This document shows, in pieces, positions 10,576 to 19,891 of a stretch of DNA of 64,000 nucleotides. The first letter of the stretch is position 1. Every line of letters starts with the position of its first letter. A model generated the notes under the pieces. It did no database searches. It saw only the letters and a list, made by a program, of their open reading frames with translations, and was not told the DNA's origin. The translations under genes and the position numbers were made by a program. The stretch comes from a virus: positions 1 to 64,000 of IMG/VR virus record IMGVR_UViG_3300034073_001700; one strand, written 5' to 3'.

Positions 10576-11319
10576 TCAATTCTCCACCTTGTATTTATTT
10601 CCTTGTTGATCTATTTTATATCCATTTTTTAACAATTCTTGCCATTCGGCTCTTTCAACCTCTTGCTTGGCCCTTGTTTCTTTCATCTCTTCTGCCCAGG
10701 CATCTCTTAGTTCTTGTGGATACGCATCTTCTTCTCTGTCATCCCAGAAAGAGCCAATAGTATATCTAGTACCGCTTTCTATTAGAGTTACCTCATGCAT
10801 ATTGTTAAACCCGCCATCAAAAGCGGCAAGCATACCTACCTGTGGTTTAATAGTTATATTTTGACTTGGAAATTGTAATAGACCGCCATCAAAGTTATCA
10901 TTTAGGTATAAGAATGCAGCGTATCTACTTCTAGTAAAAGCACCAGAGTTGCCGTGTTCATCTGTGTTGTCTGAATGAATTCTTGCATATGCTCCTGGCT
11001 CCCACTTTTGCGTGTGATATCCAATCTGACAAATTATTTTTGGATCAAGATCGTGAACAGATGCAACTGCATTTATAATTCCTTGCTTTATTTGTGAGAA
11101 TATGTTTGATGGTAAACCTTCGGCAATTACATGTTCATCATTGTCTTGAGGAAGAACAGAAGAATATGATTCATAAAAAGAAATTGGCATCCATTGGATT
11201 GTTTTGAGTTCTGCATGCTTATCTAATACCTTTATAAGTTTTGCAGAGGTTTCTGCATCAATAAAGTTTTCATAAAGAACTATGTCCTTGGTTACTCTAT
11301 TTTTATTTTCTAAATTCAT
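10576..11319 (-). CDS. 2OG-Fe(II) oxygenase, prolyl-hydroxylase-like
   Basis: HSD, YLNDNFDGG, HEV...GTRY. Confidence 0.88.
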   Translation of the reverse strand: MNLENKNRVTKDIVLYENFIDAETSAKLIKVLDKHAELKTIQWMPISFYESYSSVLPQDNDEHVIAEGLPSNIFSQIKQGIINAVASVHDLDPKIICQIGYHTQKWEPGAYARIHSDNTDEHGNSGAFTRSRYAAFLYLNDNFDGGLLQFPSQNITIKPQVGMLAAFDGGFNNMHEVTLIESGTRYTIGSFWDDREEDAYPQELRDAWAEEMKETRAKQEVERAEWQELLKNGYKIDQQGNKYKVEN

Positions 11320-12077
11320 GAATTTCTCCTTATACCATTTTCTGGATCCCAGGCTTTTATTGATTCATCATCTGGAAAAATTCTATAATACTCCTTATTA
11401 AAGTCTGGTTTTACATCACCAGTATGCTCTAAAATTTCCCAGAAGAATGGACAAGTATATCTAATGCCATTTTTAATTTTAGTTACGCCGTGAACGTAGT
11501 TCATATCTCCTGGAAAGAAATATGCGGACCCTCTTTTAGGTTTAAATTGTATTCCTTGGTTTGGGAAATATAACTCTCCACCCTCATAATCGTCATTAAT
11601 ATAAAACAAACTTGCTATATCATAATTTGGAAAATCGTTTGGCGTACCTGCATCTGCACCTTGATGTAGTTCTTTATCTGCATGAGGCATCTGGAATTGT
11701 CCTGGATTCCATTTTACAATTGTTTGTCCTGTAGGCTGAACCTTTACATTAAAAAATTTTTCAATTACTGGTTGTAACTTATTAAATAGGCCAACTATAA
11801 CTGGGACAATATTGGGATCATTCTTATTAAGTGATGGGGCGCTTGCAACTCTATCTTTCCAGTATTCTGCGTCATATATTACTGTACCGTTTTCATTTTT
11901 GTGACTTTCTGTAACGTCCCATATAGTAATACTTCTTGCTGCTTTATCTAAAAAATCTACTTCTTCCTGAGTCATAAAATTTTCTAATTCAACAATATTT
12001 TCTGGACCGTGACCAAAAAATCCAGAGGGTGTGCTTGATGGTTTTCTGAATACTGTTACGGCATCTTCTGGTTTCAT
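11316..12077 (-). CDS. 2OG-Fe(II) oxygenase, prolyl-hydroxylase-like
   Basis: HAD, YINDDYEGGELYF, HGV...GIRY. Confidence 0.88.
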   Translation of the reverse strand: MKPEDAVTVFRKPSSTPSGFFGHGPENIVELENFMTQEEVDFLDKAARSITIWDVTESHKNENGTVIYDAEYWKDRVASAPSLNKNDPNIVPVIVGLFNKLQPVIEKFFNVKVQPTGQTIVKWNPGQFQMPHADKELHQGADAGTPNDFPNYDIASLFYINDDYEGGELYFPNQGIQFKPKRGSAYFFPGDMNYVHGVTKIKNGIRYTCPFFWEILEHTGDVKPDFNKEYYRIFPDDESIKAWDPENGIRRNS

Positions 12078-12085
12078 AATAATAA

Positions 12086-12568
12086 TTATATCACAGGATG
12101 ATAATCCTGAGCCTTTACCTTTATGCCTAAATTATCAAAAAACCTTTCAATATTAAATCTCCAGTTATCTCTTCCAAAAGATGCTCCTATTCTTATACAT
12201 AAAATTTCAAAATCTTCTTCTGGCAGTTTATCTTTAATTTGTAAAAGTGCATTGGTTACATCTATATAATTTTGCCTAACAAAAGATGGGTCCCCTGCCT
12301 GATTTCTTTTAAATACCTTGGTATTAACTTTTCCAGACGGCTCATATAGAGATACTGTTAAATAATTTTTAGCAAAACCAGCATCCTTATACATCTCATA
12401 TCCAGCAACTGCATCTACAACATTATCAAAAGATATTATTGATCTTGCTGGGGATTCTCCGTCTCTTGATACAGCAATAATATAATGAGAAACTTTTCCC
12501 AACTTTGCATTCTGTAAATACTCTTCTATCATATCTTGATGGTTTGGCCTAAGTTCGTTACTCATCAT
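12086..12568 (-). CDS. Hypothetical protein
   Basis: Co-oriented ORF tightly packed in the oxygenase cluster. Confidence 0.7.
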   Translation of the reverse strand: MMSNELRPNHQDMIEEYLQNAKLGKVSHYIIAVSRDGESPARSIISFDNVVDAVAGYEMYKDAGFAKNYLTVSLYEPSGKVNTKVFKRNQAGDPSFVRQNYIDVTNALLQIKDKLPEEDFEILCIRIGASFGRDNWRFNIERFFDNLGIKVKAQDYHPVI

Positions 12569-13287
12569 ATACCCGAATTATCAATAACAGAAAGTTTTAA
12601 TGTCTTTACCTCATGCTGACCTACAGACTTTCCAGTTTCATCAACTGCTTCTCTGTACCAATCAGTCCATTGACCAGAAGAGTTAAGTACTTGTGCTGCT
12701 TCTCCGTAACTTATATTTGCCTTTTCCCTTATTCTATCTGGATCCTTATAAGCAACTATATTAATTACTGTATTGTTTAGTGCGGTTAAGGAAATTGGAA
12801 TAATAGTCGCAACTGGAGTTCCTGCTTTAATTATTGTTTCTTCATTTGCCTTTTTTGCTTTTAGTGCAAGCGGAAGAGGATTATCATAAAAAGATGTACT
12901 AATAAGGTTTGACATTGTTTCAAATTCATCATTAAAATAATTTACAGGATTGATTGTTAAAATACTAACATCTGGGTCTGTTCTAAATACCAGCGATGTG
13001 TTTAAACTAATTGAAGATTGTCCTCTTCCAGAATAAGAGTTATCTGGACTTTTAATTTTTACATGTTGGTCTGTTTGATCATTAATTCCATCCCAGGTAA
13101 AAACTATATCCTTTTTACATGATAGGTACCAGCCAACAACGTTTGCTTGTGTTACTGGAAAACACCTATATGCATGATTTTCAGATGTTGCATCCATCCA
13201 ATCCCTTTTAATCGACATTGGTGTGATGTCAAACTGACAGCCGAACATCTTTTCAACTGTTATGTTGTACATTATTCGTTTTCCCAC
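12565..13287 (-). CDS. DUF6065-like protein
   Basis: KRDWMD...HAYRCFPVTQANVVGW and KAGTPVA motifs; true start probably MYNIT at 13272. Confidence 0.65.
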   Translation of the reverse strand: MGKRIMYNITVEKMFGCQFDITPMSIKRDWMDATSENHAYRCFPVTQANVVGWYLSCKKDIVFTWDGINDQTDQHVKIKSPDNSYSGRGQSSISLNTSLVFRTDPDVSILTINPVNYFNDEFETMSNLISTSFYDNPLPLALKAKKANEETIIKAGTPVATIIPISLTALNNTVINIVAYKDPDRIREKANISYGEAAQVLNSSGQWTDWYREAVDETGKSVGQHEVKTLKLSVIDNSGI

Positions 13288-13955
13288 TTTGGGTCATACA
13301 TATCTGGAGTATGATACTTTTTACTATAATCGAGCATTGTAACAATTGAGTATTTTGTTCCAGAGTTAACTGGCATAGCCTGATGAGGATACATATAGTT
13401 TGATGGAAATATATAAAGATCTCCAGCCTTTGGCTTTATGTTTAATCCTTGTAATCTAAAGTAAAGTTCTCCACCATCGTAATCATCATTAATATATGCC
13501 ACTAGTGAAACTGTACAGTTATACGAATATCCGTGATCATGATGCTCTTTAAAATGTTGACCTGGACCATATTTAATAAAGTTAAAAGACTCCCAATATT
13601 TTAATGGCATAATATTGTAGTCTCTCCTATAATCCTCAACTGCTGGAGCCTGTACATCATATACATCTTGCCAAATACTCTGAAGTAATTTAGAATCATT
13701 GCTTGTATCATGCTCTATATCTGTTTTCTTAAATTTAAAATCGTAGCAGTCACGATAATCTGGCATTAGTTGCTTATACCCAACATAGGCTGGAAGCCAG
13801 TGATATATCTTTCCATCTGATGACAATTCGCCCCAAGGTGCTGGTTCACCCAAAATACCTTCTAGTCTATTAATAATATCTAACTCTGGTTTAATTACAT
13901 TTCTATATACCGTAATACCATTTCCAAGGCTTTCTTTATTAGTCCAAGTTGTCAT
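13272..13955 (-). CDS. 2OG-Fe(II) oxygenase, prolyl-hydroxylase-like
   Basis: HHD, YINDDYDGGELYF, FPSNYMYPH, GTKY. Confidence 0.88.
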   Translation of the reverse strand: MTTWTNKESLGNGITVYRNVIKPELDIINRLEGILGEPAPWGELSSDGKIYHWLPAYVGYKQLMPDYRDCYDFKFKKTDIEHDTSNDSKLLQSIWQDVYDVQAPAVEDYRRDYNIMPLKYWESFNFIKYGPGQHFKEHHDHGYSYNCTVSLVAYINDDYDGGELYFRLQGLNIKPKAGDLYIFPSNYMYPHQAMPVNSGTKYSIVTMLDYSKKYHTPDMYDPKWENE

Positions 13956-13963
13956 TGCTACTC

Positions 13964-14758
13964 CTATTTATACTCTCTTCTTGTCCAAACCTTATCTTTA
14001 TATACCCCGCCATCTGGCTGACGATAAAAGTTTGCGTTATCTACTATTTTAGCATACATCGTTGATGAGTCTAAAATATCAATTTCATGACCCCAGTTTT
14101 CTCTTTTAAAGGGAAGTATTTGTAGATAAGGTGTTCCAGCAGGAATTGTTCCTTCCCACCCATCTATAATAAAGAATGGAAAACTACCCAAAAGTTCTAC
14201 TTTATCTGAATCTACAACACCAGTTGTATTCATAAATGGCAGATCAAACCTATTCATAGGTGTCATAAATAAAGCGCTATATCCTTCTGGAAGTTTTAAT
14301 CCCCAATCTGGCATCCATGCAAAATGATTTTTATAGTGTCCAATGGGATGTTCAAACTGTGGCATTGGAGGCCTTACTGTACAAAAATCTGCGTACATGG
14401 GATTTTCAACCTTTACATCTAAATACCCTGCGCTATTTTTTGTAAATGTTAGGTCACATGGAGTTTTAAATACATACCCAGTAATAAAAGCATCCATGAT
14501 TGCTGGACAGGCTTTCCATGTTGGGATCATTCCGTAGTCATCTGTTGTTCCAGATTTTGGAAAAGGACAAATGCTTGGTGGGGCCTTATAGTATTCACCA
14601 TTTGGCATTTTAGCAAATCTGTCTGCATCCTTATACCATTGAGGCATTTCTTTTTGTGTTGGAACTGGTACAGATTTACTTTCTTTTGTTAGCCATGGTC
14701 TGTATGACTTAAATACTATAGGGTTATACTCAATATCCACCCTTATGTCCCAACTCAT
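13964..14758 (-). CDS. DUF6065-related protein commonly found with phage 2OG oxygenases
   Basis: PQWYK, TWKACPAIMDAFITGY, PEGYSALF, AGTPYLQILPFKRE. Confidence 0.6.
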   Translation of the reverse strand: MSWDIRVDIEYNPIVFKSYRPWLTKESKSVPVPTQKEMPQWYKDADRFAKMPNGEYYKAPPSICPFPKSGTTDDYGMIPTWKACPAIMDAFITGYVFKTPCDLTFTKNSAGYLDVKVENPMYADFCTVRPPMPQFEHPIGHYKNHFAWMPDWGLKLPEGYSALFMTPMNRFDLPFMNTTGVVDSDKVELLGSFPFFIIDGWEGTIPAGTPYLQILPFKRENWGHEIDILDSSTMYAKIVDNANFYRQPDGGVYKDKVWTRREYK

Positions 14759-15446
14759 TAATATCAGTCATGATTACGACACAATACTTTGTACCGCTCT
14801 TCATCGGAAGAGACGCATGCTCATAAATGTAGTTAGATGGGAAGACGGCGATATCTCCTACTTTTGGAGTAAGTGTATAACCGTCAAGTCTTGGAAATTG
14901 TATCTCTCCACCTTCATAATCATCGTTTATATAGATTACTGCTGAAACTGTGCAGTTATATGCTGGTCCATGATCTGCATGTATGTTAAAGTGCTTTCCT
15001 TCACCTTCATACTTAACAAAGTTAAATGCTTCATAATAAATAACATTAATGCCCCAATAACGTGCATAATCATCAATACAATATTTTAACTTTTGATAAA
15101 TTTCTTCATGTAAGTCTATTAACTCTGCATTAAGATCATCTCGTGGTCCAAGATTTTCTTGCTTGTACTTAAAATCTACACAGTCCCTTGCTCTCTTTAT
15201 TGGGGTTGTAGAGTTAGTTACCTGTGCCTCTGACCAACTGTATCTTTTTGTACCGTCTAAATTTGATTCAAGAGTTTTAATATATCTATCTGCATCTTCT
15301 TTATTAAATACATTTCTATATATATTTAATCCAAGTCCAGGATTTTCAACAACTATGCCATTAGGCAAAGTTTTTGCAGGATACCTGTTTGATGCTGTTT
15401 CTGATCTATCTTTTGTAAACCAAGGATTTTGATTTTCATCGTACAT
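14730..15446 (-). CDS. 2OG-Fe(II) oxygenase, prolyl-hydroxylase-like
   Basis: HAD, YINDDYEGGEI, FPSNYIYEH, GTKY; paralog of 13272..13955 and 28523..29125. Confidence 0.88.
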   Translation of the reverse strand: MYDENQNPWFTKDRSETASNRYPAKTLPNGIVVENPGLGLNIYRNVFNKEDADRYIKTLESNLDGTKRYSWSEAQVTNSTTPIKRARDCVDFKYKQENLGPRDDLNAELIDLHEEIYQKLKYCIDDYARYWGINVIYYEAFNFVKYEGEGKHFNIHADHGPAYNCTVSAVIYINDDYEGGEIQFPRLDGYTLTPKVGDIAVFPSNYIYEHASLPMKSGTKYCVVIMTDINELGHKGGY

Positions 15447-15458
15447 GCTGTCTCTTTT

Positions 15459-15905
15459 CTATTGTTCTACAGCGACAAATCTTGTTCCATCCCAGCCATA
15501 AGTTTCTCCAACGAATACTATTTGGTCATTTGGAATTTTTACAAGCATAACATCGCTACTAAATGCTGCAGCAAATTTTAATGAATTAGGGCTGTCGTCA
15601 CCAACTATTACACTTGCCACTATTTTATTATCAGAAATAAAAGAATATTTTTTCTTATCTAACCAAAAAGACTCATCCGCTCTTGTTGCTTCGTCCACTT
15701 GATGTCCTCCAGAAAAAGAAGTGCCATTCCAGACTGCTCCATTTGAGGCATCATATTTATATTGTGTTGTCTCCATTCCAATAATTGGAAGACCACTATC
15801 TAAGGCATCGTCTATTAATTTTGCTTTTTCTGGCATAGAGTCATAATTAAATAATGAAAAAACATCCCAAGAGGTATCACCACTTTTTACTAATGCTGCG
15901 TACAT
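15459..15905 (-). CDS. Small protein with two copies of a WxWDGxxF-ending domain, possible fibre-assembly chaperone
   Basis: GAVWNGTSF and YGWDGTRF; similar to 29369..29575. Confidence 0.55.
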   Translation of the reverse strand: MYAALVKSGDTSWDVFSLFNYDSMPEKAKLIDDALDSGLPIIGMETTQYKYDASNGAVWNGTSFSGGHQVDEATRADESFWLDKKKYSFISDNKIVASVIVGDDSPNSLKFAAAFSSDVMLVKIPNDQIVFVGETYGWDGTRFVAVEQ

Positions 15906-15943
15906 ATATTCTCCTTTATACTTATCAGTATATCATAACTTTT

Positions 15944-15976
15944 AATGAGGGTACATTTTTTAGATATACCCTCATT
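15944..15976. terminator. Inverted repeat just after the PFF-protein stop codon
   Basis: AATGAGGGTA...TACCCTCATT. Confidence 0.45.
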
Positions 15977-15981
15977 ATTTT

Positions 15982-17043
15982 TTAGCAACAACAGTTACTG
16001 CAAGGGCATCGCCAGCAATATGTTGCAGAACACTGACATTGTGCTCCTGGTGTTGGTGCTGGTGCAAAAGATGGGAAGAATGGTGGGAAGAATGGGAAGA
16101 ATGGGAAGAACGGGAAGTACGGTGGGAAGAACGGGAAGAACGGGAAGAATGGGAAGAAAGGTGGGAAGAACGGGAAGAATGGGAAGAATGGGAAGAAAGG
16201 TGGGAAGAACGGGAAGAATGGGAAGAATGGGAAGAAAGGTGGGAAGAATGGGAAGAATGGGAAGAATGGGAAGAACGGTGGGAAGAATGGGAAGAATGGG
16301 AAGTATGGAAAGAATGGAGGGAAGAATGGGAAAAACGGAAAGAATGGGAAGAATGGCGGGAAGAATGGGAAGAACGGCGGGGTAGTTGTAACAGATCCAG
16401 TTGTAGATCCATCAGATGTACCATTAGCATTAATAGCAACAACTGTATAAGTTTGAGATCCTGGAGATGCTCCAGGGTCATTAGCATCATATGATGTTGC
16501 TGAGGCTGAAATACCAGTATAACTTGATCCATCTGAACCAGTAATAGTAAATGATGTTAATGCAGAGCCACCATTTTGATTTCCAGTATAAGCAGACCAA
16601 GTAATTCTATTTGTATTGGCAGATAACGCTGAAGCGCTAACATTTTGTGGGTTTAATGGTTTTGTAGTTACCGTAACTGACCCTGATACGGTATTAGGGG
16701 TTTTTGCTGATCCAGAAGCATTCTTTGGGGTAATGGTAAAAGTATAAGATACTCCAGAGGCTAAACCTTCAAAAGTATAACTTGTTGATGTTGTATTTGC
16801 AGTATAGGTTGAAGGGGTGGTGGTTATGTCATAACTTGTTGCTGGTGGAGATGTTTCTGGCAAGGACCAAGATAAACTAACTGCTCCACCAGTTCCTGCT
16901 GCAGTAGCAGAAGAAGTTTTTGCAGTTTCCAAATATGGTCGATTTGAACCCACATTTGTTGCTGTTAAATTAGTAACATTAAGTGGTTCCAAAAAGTTAT
17001 CTTGTGCTGAGGACTTAATACCCCTTTTCTTTGCTTGTGCCAT
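15982..17043 (-). CDS. Fibronectin type III protein with (Pro-Phe-Phe)n tract and Cys-rich C-terminus
   Basis: Two FN3-like units (VSLSW...YTFEGL..GVSYTFTIT; ITW...YTVVAINANG), about 105 aa PFF repeat, CQCSATYCWRCPCSNCCC end; SD GGAG upstream. Confidence 0.8.
   Translation of the reverse strand: MAQAKKRGIKSSAQDNFLEPLNVTNLTATNVGSNRPYLETAKTSSATAAGTGGAVSLSWSLPETSPPATSYDITTTPSTYTANTTSTSYTFEGLASGVSYTFTITPKNASGSAKTPNTVSGSVTVTTKPLNPQNVSASALSANTNRITWSAYTGNQNGGSALTSFTITGSDGSSYTGISASATSYDANDPGASPGSQTYTVVAINANGTSDGSTTGSVTTTPPFFPFFPPFFPFFPFFPFFPPFFPYFPFFPFFPPFFPFFPFFPFFPPFFPFFPFFPFFPPFFPFFPFFPFFPPFFPFFPFFPFFPPYFPFFPFFPFFPPFFPSFAPAPTPGAQCQCSATYCWRCPCSNCCC
16066..16381. repeat. Coding tandem repeat, 9-bp unit (GGGAAGAAY on +) with 39-bp higher-order period
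   Basis: Directly visible; encodes PPFF-PFF-PFF-PFF units on the minus strand with synonymous variation at Pro codons. Confidence 0.95.
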
Positions 17044-17073
17044 CTTGCTCTCCTTTGTCTATACTGAATTCTG

Positions 17074-19347
17074 TTATGCTGATAGGTCGCCCATTACAAT
17101 CCATTTATTTGTTCCACGCTTGAACAATGTAACAGATGAATACTGCGCTCTTAACTTAAGACCAGGGGTTCCATTTACAGTAACGGTTCCATCTGCTCCT
17201 GCAATTGTCACATTTCCAGTATTCATTCTAACTATATCGATAGAGGTTCCAACTGGGAATGCTGTTGTTGCATTGGTTGGAATATTAATAGTAATATCTG
17301 TTCCAGACTCATTATTACATTCTATTAAAGTATCTCTATAATCTAGATTACTTAAAGTAGTGGTTGCTGTTAATGCATTAGTATTAGTTTCACCATAAAT
17401 ATATGTTATGGATGGAACGCCTTGTTTTGTCTGTGTCCCATCTGTGAAAACTACTCCTGCTGTTGTTAGATTATTTACGGCCAGGTCATCGAGAGAACCT
17501 TGTCCAAAGTTTACAGTTGTTGCTGGTTCGTCTGCAACATCCTTAAATAGTTTCCATGTACTATCAGAAACATCTCTTACGATACCTGCATGTTTTGCAG
17601 ATCCATCGTTATATGCTACTACAAGACCAAGGTCTACTGTATTTGCTGCATTTTCATGTGCAAGTTGGACCATGTTATCTTCAATTGTAATAGATGTTGC
17701 GCTGGCACTAAAGGATGTACCGTTTACAGTTAAGTTTCCGTCAACTGTTAGGTTTTGATCAATTTCTACTGAGCCTGTGAATGTTGCTCCAGATAGTGAT
17801 GCCTTTGCATCAAGTGCTGTTTGTGTAGCAGTAGAAACTGGCTTGTCAGCATCAGAGGTATTATCTACGTTTCCAAGGCCAACCATGCCCTTTGTAATAC
17901 CAGAAACCGTGCCTGTGAATGTTGGGTCTGCAAGAGGAGCCTTTGCAGCAAGATCTGATGTAAGTCCAGAAATCTTTGACTGTGCAATTGCTGCTGATGC
18001 ATTAATGTCAGCATCTACAATTGTTCCGTCTGCAATCTTTCCAGATGTAACTGCTCCATCTTCAATTTTAGCAGTGGTTACAGAATCACCAGCAAGTTTA
18101 TCTGCGGTAACTGCAGAATTAACAATCTTTTCTGTTGAAACAGTATTATCTGTTGGTGTTCTTGTATCAGATAAACGAGCATCATCTGTAAGAACAAGGT
18201 TTGCTGTATCTGCAATTCCATGTACGCTTGTTGTATCTGCTCTGTGAGTTTCAATGTCTGCTGTGGTTGCTAGAAGTGATGTATCTGCAATACCATGTAT
18301 ATTTAAAGTTATGTTATGTGCAGTTATCGCATCATCTGCGTATGATTTTGTGGCAAGTTGGCCAACATCTGCAATTCCATGAACGTTGGTAGTCAAAGCA
18401 TTGTGTGTGCCTACTTCTCCTGTTGCAGCCACGCTAGATGAGTTATCTGCGTAGTCTTTTGTTGCAAGTTCTCCGACATCTGCAATACCATGTACGTTTG
18501 TGGTTAGCAAATTATGTGTTGATACCTCTCCTGATGCAGCGCTACTAGATGTATTGTCTACATATTGTTTTGTTGCTGCATGAGTAGCATCTGTTGGTGG
18601 TCCAACAAGTTCTAAATAACCTGTCATAATGTCGCCAGACTTTGAAACCTTAGTTGCTAATGATGCAACAACATCATTGGCAAAGTTTGCATCATCATTT
18701 AAGGCTGCTGCCAATTCATTGAGTGTATCTAATGCTTCTGGGGCTCCATTAATTAATGCAGCAATTTTTGATTGAACGAATTGTGTTGTTGCAATCTTAG
18801 TAGAGTTATCTGCAAGAATTGGTGTTGTGGCAAAAGAAAAACTTCCAAGATCTGCACCTTCAAATGTTTTATTAGTTAAAGTTTGTGTTCCATCTAATGT
18901 AACTACTGTTGAGTCAATGTCAAATTGTTCTGTACCTGAATTCCACTCTATTCCAGCACCAGCGAGTGCTGACTGGTCTACTGTTGCTCCTGATACTGCA
19001 TCAATAACATATTGCTGAGTAGCAAGGTCTGCTGTATCATCTATACCGTGCACATTTGTTGTTGCATCTGTGTGTGCTGAGAGATTTGTAGAAACTGTTG
19101 TTATAAAGGCAGGGTCATCGCCAAGGGCAGCAGCAAGTTCATTTAGTGTATCAAGAACTTCTGGTGCACCGTCTAGTAGTGCATTAGCGTCTACATAATA
19201 ATTAAGGGCAGACCACTGAGATGATCCATTACCAATCTTAAATTTACCAGTATCAGTCTCAAATCCAATTTCTCCTGCTGCTAAGACTGGGTTTACTTCT
19301 GTCCACTGTGCTGCAGTTCCTCTGCGCTGTTGCATTCTTGTTGCCAT
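17074..19347 (-). CDS. Tail fibre-like protein
   Basis: N-terminal RRGTAAQW...LAAGEIGFETDTGKFKIGNG (hyaluronidase-N/Mtd-N-like), two APExLDTLNELAAAL repeats, several TTNVHGIAD repeats. Confidence 0.8.
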   Translation of the reverse strand: MATRMQQRRGTAAQWTEVNPVLAAGEIGFETDTGKFKIGNGSSQWSALNYYVDANALLDGAPEVLDTLNELAAALGDDPAFITTVSTNLSAHTDATTNVHGIDDTADLATQQYVIDAVSGATVDQSALAGAGIEWNSGTEQFDIDSTVVTLDGTQTLTNKTFEGADLGSFSFATTPILADNSTKIATTQFVQSKIAALINGAPEALDTLNELAAALNDDANFANDVVASLATKVSKSGDIMTGYLELVGPPTDATHAATKQYVDNTSSSAASGEVSTHNLLTTNVHGIADVGELATKDYADNSSSVAATGEVGTHNALTTNVHGIADVGQLATKSYADDAITAHNITLNIHGIADTSLLATTADIETHRADTTSVHGIADTANLVLTDDARLSDTRTPTDNTVSTEKIVNSAVTADKLAGDSVTTAKIEDGAVTSGKIADGTIVDADINASAAIAQSKISGLTSDLAAKAPLADPTFTGTVSGITKGMVGLGNVDNTSDADKPVSTATQTALDAKASLSGATFTGSVEIDQNLTVDGNLTVNGTSFSASATSITIEDNMVQLAHENAANTVDLGLVVAYNDGSAKHAGIVRDVSDSTWKLFKDVADEPATTVNFGQGSLDDLAVNNLTTAGVVFTDGTQTKQGVPSITYIYGETNTNALTATTTLSNLDYRDTLIECNNESGTDITINIPTNATTAFPVGTSIDIVRMNTGNVTIAGADGTVTVNGTPGLKLRAQYSSVTLFKRGTNKWIVMGDLSA

Positions 19348-19405
19348 TTATCTCTCCTTGTGGTATTTCTACCATTTTATTTCTGTGCCAATTATAACAT
19401 CAATT

Positions 19406-19861
19406 TTAATTGAAATTATCTACTACACTACCACCGTCAAGAACTAGTGTCCATTCTGTGGTACTTGGACCACCACCATCTACTGGTGATCCTTGCGGAT
19501 CATTGAAACTACCGCCTTCAGTGAAAGTAGTAACAATTAATCCTGTTCCATCAATTGCAGTATCATGAATGTGCTGTGGCAAATTCAAAGTATCATCAAT
19601 TGTTGCCATTGTTAACCAAGAGCCCTCGTAATATACATTGACTCTTGATGTTAATGTATCAAACCACATATCACCATTATCTGGTGATTCGGGAGCGGTA
19701 GACCCTACTGGTAAACCGCCTACCAGGCCATCTACATAAGATTTTGTAACAGCATGACCATCCAATGTTGGAGTACCAACTGTTACAGCACCTCCGAAAC
19801 TACCGCCATTAGTGACGACTAGTCCGTTTTTGACCTTGAAATCTTTATCTACTGTTGACAA
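19406..19861 (-). CDS. Virion structural protein (fibre-associated)
   Basis: KDFKVKNGL start shared with 19892..21709; APESPDNGDMWFD motif. Confidence 0.65.
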   Translation of the reverse strand: MSTVDKDFKVKNGLVVTNGGSFGGAVTVGTPTLDGHAVTKSYVDGLVGGLPVGSTAPESPDNGDMWFDTLTSRVNVYYEGSWLTMATIDDTLNLPQHIHDTAIDGTGLIVTTFTEGGSFNDPQGSPVDGGGPSTTEWTLVLDGGSVVDNFN

Positions 19862-19891
19862 GATCTACCACTCCCTCTTTTATTTATTTTG

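Noticed and set aside
16066-16381. Possible CRISPR array or G-quadruplex tract
   Set aside because: No unique spacers; GGG runs are explained by Phe-Pro codons on the minus strand
15945-16532. Alternative-frame ORFs (GRMGRM, WEEWEE, SSHSSH repeats) over the 9-bp repeat
   Set aside because: Stop-free by-products of the repeat; synonymous variation and the RBS fit only the PFF frame
17074-19347. Diversity-generating retroelement target suggested by the Mtd-N-like domain
   Set aside because: No reverse transcriptase or template/variable repeat pair seen in the window
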